Source of the DNA: the human T2T-CHM13v2.0 reference genome, Homo sapiens
Length of the DNA stretch: 64,000 nt
Direction: 5' to 3' (one strand)
Assembly (NCBI RefSeq): GCF_009914755.1
Contig: NC_060947.1
Shown: positions 1-15,405 of the stretch, piece by piece
Numbering within the stretch: position 1 is the first letter of the stretch
How the letters are laid out: each line of letters begins with the position of its first letter
Made by a program: the position numbers and the translations under genes
The notes under the pieces: model-generated
Told to the model about the DNA's origin: nothing
What the model saw: the letters and a program-made list of their open reading frames with translations, nothing else
The model's database searches: none

Positions 1-144
1 CACTAGAATTTGAGACAGAATTTATCAAAATTGATTTCTCAAATAATCATAGTTTGTAAAATTGTTTATAATTACCATGAGGCATTCAATTATTCCAAGA
101 TAGGAGCATTTTTATTTAAAAAATAGAATGATTATTATAGTTTA

Positions 145-182
145 TAATAGCAAAAACCGCAATTACTTTTACACCAACCTAA
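145..182. mobile_element. Solo Hsmar1 terminal inverted repeat (right half of MADE1)
   Basis: TAGCAAAAACCGCAATTACTTTTACACCAACCTAA matches the right arm of MADE1 (GGCAAAAACCGCAATTACTTTTGCACCAACCTAA) and is followed by TA; the left arm is absent. Confidence 0.85.
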
Positions 183-856
183 TAGTTCATTTATTATGTC
201 TTTAATACATGCCATGTGGAATGTCCAGAGGTCATTGTAAATAAACAGCATAAAGAGTCCCAAACATAGGGGAAACAAACAATCACATGAGCAAATTACA
301 ATGATAACAAAAAGGTCAGTATTTGGAAAGGTTACTAAAGAGAAGCTTGATTGAAGATTTGGCATCTAATTGTGCCCAGAATCACAATGCTAATCTCTAT
401 CAGTGTGTAGCATTCAGGACTTCTAAAGGTAGAGATGAATACACTCTCAGCAAGCAGTAGAAGGCCTATTGGGTTACCTGAAACCCATCAGTGTCACATA
501 ACAATAACCTTTATTTTGGTATTCATCTTTAAATCTATCTCATACTGCTTCCCATTGTTGGCTTTGCATTTATTTATTTTTTAAGAAACCAAATCCAACT
601 GAGATTGCAGCCAACACTGACTGTTACAGATAATTGTGCTTAAAAGCACAGCTATAGGTGGAGATATTTCCAACTCTTATTATTGATGCTGGCCCACATA
701 ATGATAAAATGCTGTTTCAAAGGAATATTTAGAGTGTTATTTACACTGAATGAATCTGCTATAATTCTAGGACAAATAAGTGAAGAAATCTGAACTAAAT
801 CACAAAATCACAAAAACACCAAGTAACAAACTTATCATATGTTTCCAGGAATCATC

Positions 857-1080
857 TATTCATTCAATAATAATCAAGGATAGCCCACTGGGTGCTAGTC
901 ACTATTATATGTCATAAGGATACAGCAGTCAGGAAGCATACAAGTTCATGCTTTCATGAGATATTCATCATTTTCTAGTTAGAGAGACAGACAAAAGAGG
1001 TAAACTAGTTTATACTTTATAGTTATATATTAAACAAATAATACAGAGTGATTTGGGAAGTGAGAATAATATATGAAGGC
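857..1080 (-). mobile_element. L2 LINE 3' fragment, apparently split by the L1MC insertion
   Basis: ATTCATTCAATAA...GGATACAGCAGT... resembles the reverse complement of the L2 3' end; L2-like sequence resumes at ~7830 (GAAGCATTTCAGGCAGAG...). Confidence 0.6.
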
Positions 1081-2733
1081 AAAATAAACAAGATTATGAC
1101 ATCTAGTTTCTAGTCTGGCATGTAAGGAGCTTGAAAGTCATTACTCCACCTTAGCAACAAGTATAAATCTAAACAAATTTCAAACCAAAAACTCTTTGTA
1201 GAGAACTACACCTGACCACAGCAGAGACCCTCAGACAGAAACCTTAAGTTAGAACCAGTAACAGAGTAAGAAAACTTAAACTGTAACTGACAAATAGCAG
1301 GAGGCTCATTGTGGACAAGTATGAGAGTTAAAAACTCCAGGGAATCCAGTATTAGAGGGCACGTCCATATTTTGTGAGTTTTGCTTTACCTGGTTTTTGC
1401 AGTACAGAGCTTAGAAAAGCTTCTTTGTGCCTCTGGAAGAGGGGAGGAAAAAGTAACCCTCTGAAATATCTCAAAGTCTTGTGTTCTTCTTAACAAGGCC
1501 TGCCCTTAAGAGAAACTATTTGACCACATCTTACCACCACATTGCTAAAGGCTCATTTACTATAGTTCATTTTATCATTTTATCCAGTATATTGTGTCAA
1601 GCTTTCAACTAAAAATTGCAAAACATACTAAGGAAACAGAGTTTCAAGAGACAGAGAAGGCATCAGAATCAGACACAGATATGAAAGGAATGTTGAGATT
1701 ATCAGATAAGCAATTTTAAATAACTATAATGAATACAGCAAGGGCAGTAATGGAAAAATTAGACAAAATGGAAAAAATAGATGGGTAATGTAAGGAAAGA
1801 GAAGAAAATGTTAAGAAACAATAAAAATAAATGTTAACTCTGTAACCAAAATAAAAAGAATGCCTTGGATGAGCTCATTAGTAGACTATATACAGCTGAG
1901 GAAACAATGTCTGAACTTGAATACAGGTCAATAGAATCTTCCACAACTACAATATCAAAAAGAAAAAAGACTGAAAAAATAAAATAGAAAATCCAAGAGG
2001 TATGAGACAAATAGAAATAGTAGAAGGAGAGAAAAATAGGCAGAGAAATATTGGAAGTAATAATGACTGTGTATGTCTTCAACTTAGTGTCTGACATGAA
2101 ACCACAGATCTAGGAAGTCCAGAGAACATCAAGCAGAATACACTTAAAACAGACACATTCAAAACCCAAAGCCTACATCCAGGCATATTATATTAAAACT
2201 GTACAAAGTCAGATATAAAGAAAAAAACCTTGAAAGAAGCCAGAGGGTGAAAAACAGCTTACCTATACAAAAGCAAAGATAAGAATTACCTTTGACTTAT
2301 CAGAGATCATGCAAGCAATAGAGTGGTGTGAATATTTTAAGTCTTGATTAGTGAGAGAGGGTGGGAGACAGAACTAGCCTTGAATTCTGTATCCTGCAAA
2401 CTTATCCTTTAAAAGTGAAAGAGTATACTTTCTCACATAGACAGATATTGAAGACATTTGTTGCCGGTACACCTAGCTTGCAAAAAATGTTAAAATAAGT
2501 TCTTCAGAGAGAAGAAAAATGATAGAGATCAAAGAGTAGATCTACAAAAAGAAGGGAAGAGCACTAAAGACAGAATGACTGAAGATAAAATAAATCTTTG
2601 TTTTTTATTATTAATATGATAGATTACAGTTTGTTAAAACCAATAATGACTATGTAGTTGATGAATATTGCTTATGTATTCGTGTAATAAATGACAATAT
2701 TGGTACAGGGATAGAAGAGAGTAATTAAAAATA

Positions 2734-3088
2734 CAGATGCTTCTTGACATATAATGGGGTTATGTCCCAATAAACCCATCATAAATTGAAAATATTGTAA
2801 GTCAAAAAATGCATTTAATACATTTAATCTAGTGAACACGGTAGCTTAGCCTAGCCTACTTTAAGTGTACTCAAAACAGTTCCATTAGCCTATAGTTTTG
2901 TAAAATCACCTAGCATAAAGCCTATTTTATTTAAAAAGTTGAGTATTTCGTATAATTTATTAAATACATGAAAACAGAATGCTTATATGAAAACTTGATA
3001 TATGTGTTCTACTGAATGTATATCACATTCACACCATCAAAAAGTCAAAAAATTGTAAGTCAAACCATTGTAAGTCAGAGACCATTTG
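2734..3088 (+). mobile_element. MER47A (TcMar-Tigger MITE) nested in L1MC
   Basis: TA|CAGATGCTTCTTGACATATAATGGGGTTATGTCCCAATAAACCCATC...CCATTGTAAGTCAGAGACCATTTG; degenerate TIRs match the recalled MER47A consensus. Confidence 0.85.
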
Positions 3089-5052
3089 TGTTATGTTACT
3101 ATAAAGTACTTACACTATTTTAAATAATGTTATTTTAAAGTAGACTTGAGTAGTTGTAAATGTATGTAGCAAACTCTTGGGCAACAACTAAAAAAACTAA
3201 AAAGAAAAAGAATTATAATTGATGTGCTATGAAGCAAAGCAAATAAAATCATACACACAAACTGCTTAATAAGAACTACAAAATACAGAAAAAGAGTGGA
3301 AAAATAGAGATAAAAGGGCAACAAATAGAAAATAGTAATAAATAGTGTAGCTATTAATCCAAATATATCAATAATCACTTTATATGTCAGTGTTTTAAAA
3401 GCACCAATTAAAATATACATTGAAGGGAACAAAAAACATGACACAACTATATGTAGGCTACGTGAAACCCACTTTAAATATAAAGAAAGATTTAGATTAT
3501 AAGTAGAGGGATGGAGACGGCTATACCATGCTAACACCAACCCAAAAGAAATTGGGATAGAAATAGTAACTTGGATACAGCAGACTTCAGAGCAAGAAAA
3601 CTTATCAGGGATAAAGTGAAGCATTACTTAATAATGGGTGGATTCCTCAGGAAATCACAACAATCCTTAAAGTGTATGAACCTAACAACAGAGCGTTAAA
3701 ATACATGGGGCAAAAACAGATAGAACTACAAGGAGAAAAATATGCAATTAATATTATAATTGGAGACTTTAACACCCTTCTCTCTATCAGAAACAAACAG
3801 ATTCATCAGGCAGAAAATCAATAATTACATAATTCAACCCTATAACACTATCAAACAACTAGGTATAATTGACATCTATAGGCTATTTCATCCAACAATA
3901 GTAAAATACATATTCTTCTGAAGCTCACATGGAAAATTCGCCAAGATAGAACACATTCTGGGTCATAAAACACACCTTGCCAAATTTAAAAGGATAGATA
4001 TCATAATGTATTCTCTCTGACCACAATTACTTAAACTAGAATTCAATACCAAGAAGATAGCTATAAAACCCCAAATCACATGGAGATTAAAGAACATACT
4101 TCTAAATAACAAATGGGTTAAAGAGGAAATATTAGGAGGAATTTTAAAATATTTCAAAGTAAGTAAAAACAAATATACACAACTTATTAAAATTTATAGG
4201 ATGCAGTAAAAGCAGTGGAGGGGAATTTATACTACTGAATATTAGAATAAAACAAATATCTAAAACCTACAATCTAAGGTTCCACTTCGTAAAACCAGAA
4301 AAAGTAGAGCCAATAATATTCAAAGTAAGAAGAAGAAAAAATGATAATGTTTAGAGCAGAAATCAATGAAATTGAAAGCAACCAGTCAATAGAGAAAATC
4401 TATGAAAACAAAAGCTGGTTGTTTAAAGAATAAAACTGATAAAATTATAGTCAAGCTAACTAACAAATAAAAGAGAGAAGACACGAATATCAGAAATAAA
4501 ATGGGGACATCCTTAGAGATCCCATGGGCAATATAGAGAAAATAAAGGAATACTGCAAACAAATCTATACTGACAAATTTGATAAACTAGATAAAATGAA
4601 CCACTGAAAGACACAATCCATGGAATCTCACAAAAGAAGAAATAGACAATTAGAATAGGCTTATATCTATAAAAGAAATTGAATACATAATTAACAACCA
4701 TCCAAAACAGAAAGCACCTGGCCCAGATGAGTTTGCTCCTGAATTCTACCAAACACTTAAGGAAAAAATTTTATCCATTACCTACAATCACTTGTAGAGG
4801 ATAGAAAAAGACAGAATCCTTTCCAACTAATTTTATGAGGCCAGCATTTTCCTAACAACAAAACGAGACAAAGACAGTACAAGAAAATAAAACTGCAAAC
4901 CAATATCTCTTATGTACATATATGCAAAATCATAAGTGGGATATTAGCAAATTGAATATAACAATTTATAAAAATTATTATACATCATGACCAAGTGAAA
5001 TTTATTCCAGACAGCAAAGCTGTCTCAATTCTCAAAAATCAATTGATGCAAT

Positions 5053-5390
5053 GTGTTATGGTCTGAATGTTTGTGTCTTTCCCAAAAAATCTGTATTTTA
5101 AAATCTAAACTCCCAACGTGATGGTGTATGAAGGTGAGTTTTTTGGGAAGATGATCAGGCCATGAGGGTAGAGAACTCATGAGTCATTAGTGTCTTTATG
5201 AAAGAACCTTCATAGAGCTCCTTTACTCCTTCTATCATGTGAGGACACAGAAGTGAGCCATCTATAAACCAGAAAGGGGACCCTCACCAGACACTGAATC
5301 TGTAAGCCCTTGATCTAAGACATCACACGTTTTATAACTGTGAAAAATAAATGTTTGTTGTTTATGTCTGTTTAGAGTATTTTCATTATA
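5053..5390 (+). mobile_element. MLT1A-type MaLR solo LTR nested in L1MC ORF2
   Basis: TGTTATGGTCTGAATGTTTGTGTC...CATGTGAGGACACAG...CCCTCACCAGACACTGAATCTG...AATAAATGTTTGTTGTTTA; L1 resumes afterwards. Confidence 0.8.
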
Positions 5391-8074
5391 ATGAAAATAT
5401 AATGAAAAGCATTCTAATGAAAATGATCCATCACATCAACAGTCTAAAGAATAATCACATGATCTGATCAATAGATTCAAGAAAAAATTGACAAAATTCA
5501 GTGCCCATTCATAGTAAAAACAGTCACCAAACTTGGAAGAGAGGAAATTTCCTCAACTGGACAAAGACCATGTACAAAAACCCTATAGCTAGCATCATAC
5601 TTATTGGTGAATAATGTGAGGTTTTCTCACTAAGATCAATAAAAGGCAAGGAGGTTCCCTCTCATCTCTCCTTTTCATCATCATACCAGAAGTCCTAGTT
5701 AACGCATTAAGACAAGAGAAGTAAATGAAAGGTATAGAGACTGGGAAAGAAAAAATAAAATTGCATTTCTTTGTTGATTATATGTGTGTATTAAAAAAAC
5801 AAGTATCAATAACCTCATGTAACTAAAAAGCAAATATAGAAAGGCTTTAGGATACAAGTCATATATAAAATTTAATCACTTTCCTACACATAAGCAATGA
5901 ACAAGTGGAACTGGAAATTAAAACACAATACCATTTATATTTGCACTAGAAATAATACTTAGATATAAATCTAACAAAATAAACAGAAGATGTATATGAG
6001 AAAAACTATAAAATAGTGAAATAAGAAACCAAATAACTAAATAAGTGCAGAGATGTTACATATTTACGGGTAGGAAGAGACAATATCGTCAAGATGTTAG
6101 TTCTACCCAACTTGATCTATACATTCAATGAAATCCAAGTCAAATTCCTTACAAGTTAATATTTAGGATATTGGTAAACTGATACAAAATTTATATGGAC
6201 AGTCAAAAGACCAGGAAAACCAACACAAACACTGAAAGAAAACAAATTTGGAAAATGACATTACCTGACTTCATGACTTATTATAAAGCTATAGTAATCA
6301 ATACAGTGTGGTCTTGATGAAAGAATGAACAAATAAATTGAGGGAAAAAATAAAGCATAAAGAAAGAGATCCATACAAATATAGTCAACTAAATTTTCAG
6401 AAAAAAATAAAAATAATACAATAGAAAAAAACTATTTCAAACAAACGGTGCTTTAACTGAATATCTAATACAAAAAAAAAATCTAAACACAGAACATACA
6501 CCCTTTACAAAAATTATCCCAAATTTATCATATACCTAAATGTAAAAATGTAAAATTATAAATCTCCTAAAAGATAAAAGGTGACCTTGGTTTGGTGATC
6601 ATTCTTCAGATATACCAAAGGCACAGTCCAAGAAATAAATATATGATAATCTGTACTTCATTAAAATTAAAAGCCTCTCTTTGCCAAAAGATACTGACAA
6701 GAGAATGAAAAGACAAGCCACAGACTGAGAAAAAAAATTTGCAAAAAACATTTCTGATAAAGGACTCTTAGCTAAAATGTATGCAAAATTCTTTAATTCA
6801 ACAATAAGAAAATGAGCAACCCTATTTTAAAATGGACAAAAGATCTGAGCAGACCCTGCATAAAAGAAGATATATAGATAGCAAATAAGCATATGAAAAG
6901 ATGCTCAACACCACATATCATTAAACAAACTTTAACAGCAATGTGATACCACTACACACCTATTAAAATAGAATCTCAAACACTGACAGTACCAAATGCT
7001 GGTGAGGATATGGACAATGGAAAGCCTCATTCATTGCTGATGGGATTGCAAAGCAGTACAGCCACGATAGAAGACAGTTTGGTGGTTTCTTAAAAACTAA
7101 ACACACTCATTACATGATCCAGCAATCATGCTCCTTGGTATTTACCCAAAGGAAATGAAAACTTATGTCCACACAAAAACCTGCACACAGATATTTATAG
7201 CAGCTTCATAATTTCCCTAACTTGGAAGCAACCAAAGTGTTTTTCAGTATATGAATATATAAATAAACAGTGGCACATCCAGACAATTGAATATTGTTCA
7301 GTGCTAGTGAAAAATGAGCTATCAAGCCATGAAAAAACACGGAGGAAACTTTAAAAACACATTACCAAGTAAAAGAAGCCAATCTGGTAAAGGCTATACA
7401 CTATATTGTTCCAAGTATTAAATTACAAAAAAGGCAAAAATTATAGCAACAGTAAAAGTATCAGTGGTTGTCAGGGTTTAGGGAGGAAGGAGAGACAAAT
7501 AAGTGGAATACAAGGTTTCCAGGTCACTTTAAATGTTCTGTAAGATACTATAGTGGTGGATCTGTGTCATTATACATTTGTCAAGAGCCACAGAATATAA
7601 AATGCCAAGAGTGAATCCTAATATAAAGTACGGATTTAGGATGGCAATATGTCAGTGAAAGTTCATTGAATGTAACAAATGTATTACCCTGGTATGGGAA
7701 GTTGATAGTGGAGAAGACTGTGGGCGTGTGGTGTCAGGGGTATATGGGATCTCTCCATACTTTCTGCTCTATTTTGCTCTCAACATAATCCTGCCCTAAA
7801 AATAAAATATGTATTTAAAAAATTAATAAGGAAGCATTTCAGGCAGAGAAAAAACATCAAGAAAAATATTCCCTGAGTTTGTACAGGTTTAATATGTTCA
7901 AGGAATATAAAGAAAGGCTATGAGGCTACCACTCAAGAATGTGGAGTCTATTCATGGGTCAAACAGTGCCATTTATAATACCAGTTGGTATTGCAAAGTA
8001 GACTCAAAACTCATAATTGATCTGAGTCTACAAACACGAATATAGCAATTGGAAAGTTCATTTTATTTGGTTTT

Positions 8075-8580
8075 GTCATTGTATTTTGAGTCCCTACTAA
8101 ATATAAAAAACACTTTTCTGGGTCTAGGAATGAATTAAAAACATGAAGAAGACACTGTTCCTACTCTAATGGAGCTAAAAATCTAGTATGATATAGAAGA
8201 TATAATTAAAACAGAAAGTAATACATAACAGCTCATAAAAGATAAAAATTGAATACTCTAAGGACTGAGTGGAATAACTTACATATTCATTTTTAATAAA
8301 AGTATTTCTTGAGGAATTATTGTGTGCCACACATTTTTCTAGGCAATAAGGATGATCATTAAACAACATAAACAAAAATATCTGTCCTCCACAGAGAGTA
8401 TATTTTCATGAGCTGTGACAGACAGCATACAATAAATTTAATAAATAAATGCAGTATACAGAATGTTAGAAGTTGGTAAGTGTTATGGAAATAAATAGAG
8501 CAGTCCAGGAGATTAAAAGGTCTGATGGCAGGTGTGAGGTGGGAATGAGTCCAGTATTAAATAGGGTGATTGGGGAAGAG
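8075..8580 (-). mobile_element. L2 fragments (two 3' ends)
   Basis: Two degenerate ATTCATT...TATT..TTGAG...TGTGCCA..CA...TTCTAGG motifs of the L2 3' end, reverse complemented. Confidence 0.55.
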
Positions 8581-8689
8581 TAACAACAAAGGGAATATAT
8601 TAACACTTACTTGAAATAAGTGATAGATTTAGCTATTAAATTGTGTTGGAAGAATATGCAGGGAAAATAAAACAGCATCTGATTCAATA

Positions 8690-10445
8690 GGAAAATAATA
8701 TCAGTGTCCCTGTTACTGTTAGAAACAAGACAGAAATGTCCTTTCTCTCTACCACTATTTGATATTATGTTGAAGGAATTAGTCAATACAGTTAGACAAG
8801 GGAAGACAATTAAAAGCATACCAATTGGAAAGTAAAAGTTAGTCTAGCTTAATTTGTGAATAACACAGCTATACATCTAAACAACCTAAAAGAATTCACT
8901 GAAAAAGTGCTACATCAAACAAGATAATTTAATACATTCTCAGGTAATGCAATTAATGTATAAAATTAATAGCATTATGAATAAAAATCAAGACCAATTT
9001 TAAGAGATAAGAGGAGATAAGGAGGAGAATATTTCATTTACAAAATAAATTTAAAATTTGGCTTTAGTGAGTAATTCCAGAACTGGGGAAATAAATATAC
9101 AAGATTATCTTAGGGTATTTTATAGTGCCAGAAAGTAAAAGTAATGCTCAAAAAGCCAAACTAAACAAGAAACCTACAATGATTTGAATGTGTCACAAGC
9201 CAACTGAAAAGAGCGTCCATTGACCAAAAGCTGGAAGAGATTGAACATCTTAATATTGGATAATAATAAAAATATAGAATAAATATTCCTGCATCTGTAC
9301 TGGTATAAATATATAATTAAATAGATTCATAAGAAAGAACAAATCTCCTATGCAGAATTTCAAATAAATTATGGAGATTACAGCCCCCAAAGGAGGTGAA
9401 GCATAAATCTCCACTGCTTAAGTGTGGGATGCATGTATTGGCTTTCTTTCAAAGAGTACACTACAGATAGTTAAAAAAGAGACCTTTACAGTAAAGAAAC
9501 CTGATGAACACTGCCACAGCCATGTGATCAAGCTTATTATCACTAGTGATAAGTCAGTCATATTGACAGCATAATATGATGTGATGAAAATCACATTTTG
9601 CCTCTATGGTTTCTCTATAAACACACATAATCCCAGTCTAATAATGAGAAAAACATCAAACACATCTCAATTGGGTGATATTTTAAATATACTTGAAGAG
9701 TACGCCTAAATTTGTCAAGGTCATTAAAAAAAACAAGGAAAATCTAAGACACTGTAACAGCGAAGACAAGTTTAAAAAGACACAATGACTAAATATAATG
9801 TGGTACTGTGGATGGGATACTAGAACAGAAGAATGATAATAGGGTGAAAAAACTAATGTAATTTAAATAAGTGATGGAGTTTAGTTAATAATAATGTGTT
9901 ATATTTAATTATTAATTAGAGCAAATATATAAAACTAACATAAGAGATAGGTTAAACTGGGTGTGGGGGATATGTAACTTTTGTACTACCTTCACATTTT
10001 TTTTCAGTAAATCTAGAACTAATCTAAAAAATGTTTTTTAAATATTGGACATGAGCTTAACAAGAAATGTATAAAGCTTATATGAGGGAGATATAAAACA
10101 CTCTGCAAACATGCCAAAGTGAACATAAAAGCAGGAAAAAAATAGTATAAGGTTTTAGAAAAGAAGACTTAATTTCATAAATATTCTTTTCACCTGTAGG
10201 TTAATTTATAAATTTTAGTAATTCTAACAAAATTATCATCTGGCTCTTGTTCCTCTAGTAGAACTAGAAGAGTTTATAATATACACACTTGGAAGAACAA
10301 ACTTACCAAAATCGGGAAAAAATGAATTATAAGAACAACTGGAGTAACCATACCTGATATTAAAAGAGCCTGTAAAGGCAATATACTTAAAATATTTTAG
10401 ATTGTTATTAATAAACAGAATGATGTAACAGAAGGAAAATTTAAG
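8690..10445 (+). mobile_element. Old L1M ORF2 remnant interrupted by an L1MD/L1MC 3' UTR (~9065-10040)
   Basis: RT-region remnants (CCACTATTTGATATTATGTTGAAGG) at 8700-9050 and further ORF2 remnants at 10045-10440; the middle block has L1MD-type 3' UTR motifs (ATGGGATACTAGAACAGAA) and an A-rich end. Confidence 0.65.
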
Positions 10446-10449
10446 AAAT

Positions 10450-10875
10450 CCCCTCCCAACTCCCACCCTTCCTAGTCTGTAATTTCTATTATTTCACACT
10501 CTATGTCTATATGTACACATAGTTTTTCTCCTACTTATAAGTGAAAATATACAGTACTTGTCTTTCTGTGTGTGACTTGGTGCACTTAAATTAATGGCTT
10601 TCAGTTCCATCCATGTTACTGCAAGAGACATGACTGCATTCTTTTTTATGGCTAAGTAATATTCTGTTATGCATATACACCACATTTTCTCTATCCAGTC
10701 TTTCATTGATGGACACTTCGGTTGATTCCATATCTTTACTACTGTGAATAGTGAAAAACACACAGGTGTAGGTATCTTGTTGATAAATGATTTCTTTTCC
10801 TTTGAGTAGATACCCAGTTGTTGGACTGATGGATCAAATGGTAGTTCTATTTTTAGTTCTCTGAGAATCTCCATA
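10450..10875 (-). mobile_element. L1 (L1PB/L1MA-type) 3' fragment
   Basis: The minus ORF encodes a degenerate ORF2 C-terminus (IWNQPKCPSMKDWIEKMW...WMELKAI). Confidence 0.85.
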
Positions 10876-11253
10876 TTTCTTACAGATTTGGAGGCTGTGA
10901 TGTCTAAGATCAAGGTGTGGTAGGTTTCGTCTCTTGTGAGGGCTGTTCTCTGCTTCCAAGTTGATGCCTTGTTGATGCATCCTGTGAAAGGGGACTAGTG
11001 CTGTACTCCCACAGGATAGGAATAATGGAAGGGCAAGAGGGGAGAATGCTGTGTCTTCACATGCCAGAAGAATGAAAGAGCAAATGGGAAAGCCTAAGCT
11101 ATTTCCCTGCAGCCCTTTTATAAGGATTAATATCCATTCATAAGTGGGGAGCCCTCATGACTTAATCACTTCCCTAAAGGCCCCTTATTTGAATACCACC
11201 ACAATAGGGATTATTTTAACCCCTGAATTTTGGAGGATATTAAGACCATAGCA
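10876..11253 (-). mobile_element. MST-type MaLR LTR (partial)
   Basis: TTTCTTACAGATTTGGAGGCTG..GTCTAAGATCAAGGTG...GAGCCCTCATGACTTAATCAC...TGAATTTTGGAGG..AAGACCATAGCA. Confidence 0.75.
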
Positions 11254-11309
11254 GGTTATTTTTTTTTAATGGTCATAAACTTAACAAGAAATATGTAAAG
11301 ATCCTACTC

Positions 11310-13260
11310 CTTCCCTTCCCTTCCCACAGCTCAGCTTAAAGTAAGTTCTGCTTTGGGTGGGTGTGGCTAAAATAGAGTTCTCTCACTCTTCATCCTTCAA
11401 TTAAGGGTTACTGTATCTCTCCGTAATTAGCAATAAAGCCAGCATTTCTCATCCCCTGTGCCTCCAAACTGAAGAGGTAAAATGTGGCTGATTAGTGTGG
11501 CTGAAATATTTGGGACTTCTTTCCTCCATTGAGCCTCTATCTATAAGACAGAGGCTCTATGCCAGATGCAGCAGGCTGAAAATACTAGGACCTGATTGCC
11601 CTCATTTCAGCTTGCTTATAGGAAAAAAGTTTTATGCTGGGAGAGGCAAGCTGAAAAGGCCACAGGCCACCACCACACCTGATTCCCACAGCAGTGTCTC
11701 TGATATTATACATAAGTGCAAAGGCATTCCACAAGAAAAAAAAGTGAACTAAATCACTTCCTAAAAGAACTTGATTTTATGTGAAACAGAGGACTGGGAA
11801 GTTTGAACCTAACTTTGAGGTATCCTAACAGTTATTTTAAGAGTGCCCTCAAAATAACAGCTCCTCTTAAATAAGAGAAGCAAGCTAAACAATAGCCCAA
11901 CTTGTTGACCACAGAGCCCTCCTACAGTTATGACAAACTCGAAGACTGGCATCAAGATCTATCTTGTCCAAATTCAACTGAGAAAAAAGGTTGTTGAGCA
12001 AGTTAAACCCCAGGCCACTGTTGATCATCAGCTTGTAATTAGTGGAGCCTAAAGGCTGCCAACTAATTGTCAACTAAAAAAGATCACTTAGCAGAGTATT
12101 AGAAAGAGAGGTAGACAAAGAAAGCCCTACTAAATCCATTGTGCATTTCAGTGTGATTATACGCAGGATCCTCATACTGTGGGAAAAATGAACATCACTA
12201 AAAGCAAACATGCCTGAATTGATCCTAATAAGGTGACTCTTAGTAAATATAACAAACTTTATAAATGTGCACTTGCTCTACTTTCTATTCATTGATATAA
12301 AATTATCAAAATAATAATTGTTACAACGTATAGTCAGCTTTGTAACATATTGATATAAAAATTACAGCACAAAAAATGAAGAAATGGAATAGAGCAAAAT
12401 AGGAGTGACATTTACATATCTGGCTGAAATCAAGTTAGTATAAATCTAAGGTAGATTGCAAGAATTCAAGATGTATATGGTAAGTAAGCCCTAAAATGAC
12501 CACTAAGAAAATAATTCAAAACTATAGTGCATTGTTTACTAAAGAAATCAAAACCTTATAGTAGGAAATATCCACTTAATGTGAAAGAAAACAGTAAACA
12601 AATAGTTGAGAAATTAAATAAACATCTTCAGACAGCAAACTGACAGATATAAGTTCAACTTCCTCAGTAATAACAATAAATGTAAATGAATTAAACAATT
12701 AAATAAAACATGGCGATTGTCAAACTAGATTTTTAAAAAGTTTAAACTATAGCATATCTATAGAAGACATGTCTTAGATTCAAATCTAAAAATAGAAAGA
12801 AAAAAAGATGTAAAAATGTATGTCCTGCAGCCAGAAAACATAGAAAGCTGTACTGCCTAAATGAATATGACACAATAGATGTGAGAAGAAAAGTTATTAG
12901 AGATAAAGAAAAAATTTATACTGATAAATGTATCAATACATCAGGAAGTTAAAACAATTATAACATATATACACTTAACAGCAGAGCCCCAAAATATATG
13001 AAGCAAAATTTAACAGTAATGTGGGGAAAAATACATGATTTAACAATTCAATTTCAATATTTCAAATTCAATAATGTGTAAAATAATTACGCAGACTAGC
13101 AAAAAAATAGACAACTATAAACCAACTAGACTTAACACACACATATATAGAACACTTATCCAACGACTGAACACACATTCTTCTCAAGTGCACACAGACA
13201 TTCTCCAGGATAGATAAGATACTAAGATCATAAAACCAGCCTCATTAAATTTAAAAATTA
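11310..13260 (+). mobile_element. Old L1M: 5' UTR-like segment followed by inter-ORF and ORF2 endonuclease remnants
   Basis: EN remnants (AATGTAAATGAATTAAAC...ACACATTCTTCTCAAGTGCACACAGACATTCTCCAGGATAGA) at ~12650-13260; the upstream part is assigned with less certainty. Confidence 0.6.
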
Positions 13261-13465
13261 TTTTCTAACATGAAGACAGGAGCATATTCCTCTTCTATAA
13301 CTCAGGTTAAAAGTAGTTTTACTGCCCTAAAAAACAATATTCCCATAACTTTATATTTTTGTATTTTTCATTTGTTACTTTGAACAATTCAGTTTGCAGA
13401 AAGTTTGTTTTAGAAAATGTAGCTGTAGAAACAAACAGTGTAGCTTGTTTAAAAGATAGGTGATA

Positions 13466-13858
<393 letters not shown>

Positions 13859-14499
13859 TTAAAAATGCACTCAATGGGGCATTCTTTGATTTCTTAGCCC
13901 AAACTATGAATAAAATCTTATGTATATTTATTTATGTAGAGACTAGTTTCATTGTTTATTTGCAAACAATAATGGAGAGATGTGTTCATCTTATTAGTAT
14001 TCTTTATTTTTAAAAGTCAATATTCAACTATCAATAAAAAAATTCGAAATACTCTTTGAAGTGATTTGCTTATGTTCTCTCTATTACAATAAAGAAACGT
14101 CAGAATTGCTCTTCTCGATGGTAATTTGCATGCTTTGTAGATTCTATGTAGCTAAGGTGATGGATAAATAGTGGTGAACGTTATACATGTAGTAAGCCCA
14201 AGGGAGAGAATCTAATGACATTGCTGAATTGTTTAATGGCCTTTTATCTTTTGGAACTACATACATTTGCCAATTACAATAGATTCTTTTTAGCTAAAGA
14301 TACTTTAGTATTACTAAATAATCGTGGAACGTTTATAAACTAATAGTAATCAACATATATTTTGAATATTGGCAAGAAGGGAGCTCTCCAAACCAACTTA
14401 TGTCTTTGACAAAGACCACTAAAATATTTTTGGTCATTTCAAGTTTAAAACTCCAATATCTATGTCCATATCAGACCTGTTTACTGTATTTAAGCATTT

Positions 14500-15365
<866 letters not shown>

Positions 15366-15405
15366 TACAAAATATAACTAAATAAATAAATAGGGGATAA
15401 TGTTA

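Larger units (their letters stand above)
1098..7823 (+). mobile_element. Near full-length ancient L1 (L1MC1/L1MD-like), decayed
   Basis: 5' end CTGGCATGTAAGGAGCTTG; degenerate ORF1 (~1650-2560); ORF2 EN/RT/Cys-rich remnants (~3350-7200); 3' end TATATGGGATCTCTCCATACTTTCTGCT...CTAAAAATAAA typical of L1MC1; many stops and frameshifts. Confidence 0.85.

Noticed and set aside
145-182. miR-548-family precursor
   Set aside because: Only one MADE1 arm is present, so no hairpin can form
3130-3624. 164-aa hydrophobic, membrane-protein-like ORF and similar F/L/I-rich minus ORFs
   Set aside because: Antisense reading of A-rich L1 sequence gives T-rich hydrophobic codons; no gene context
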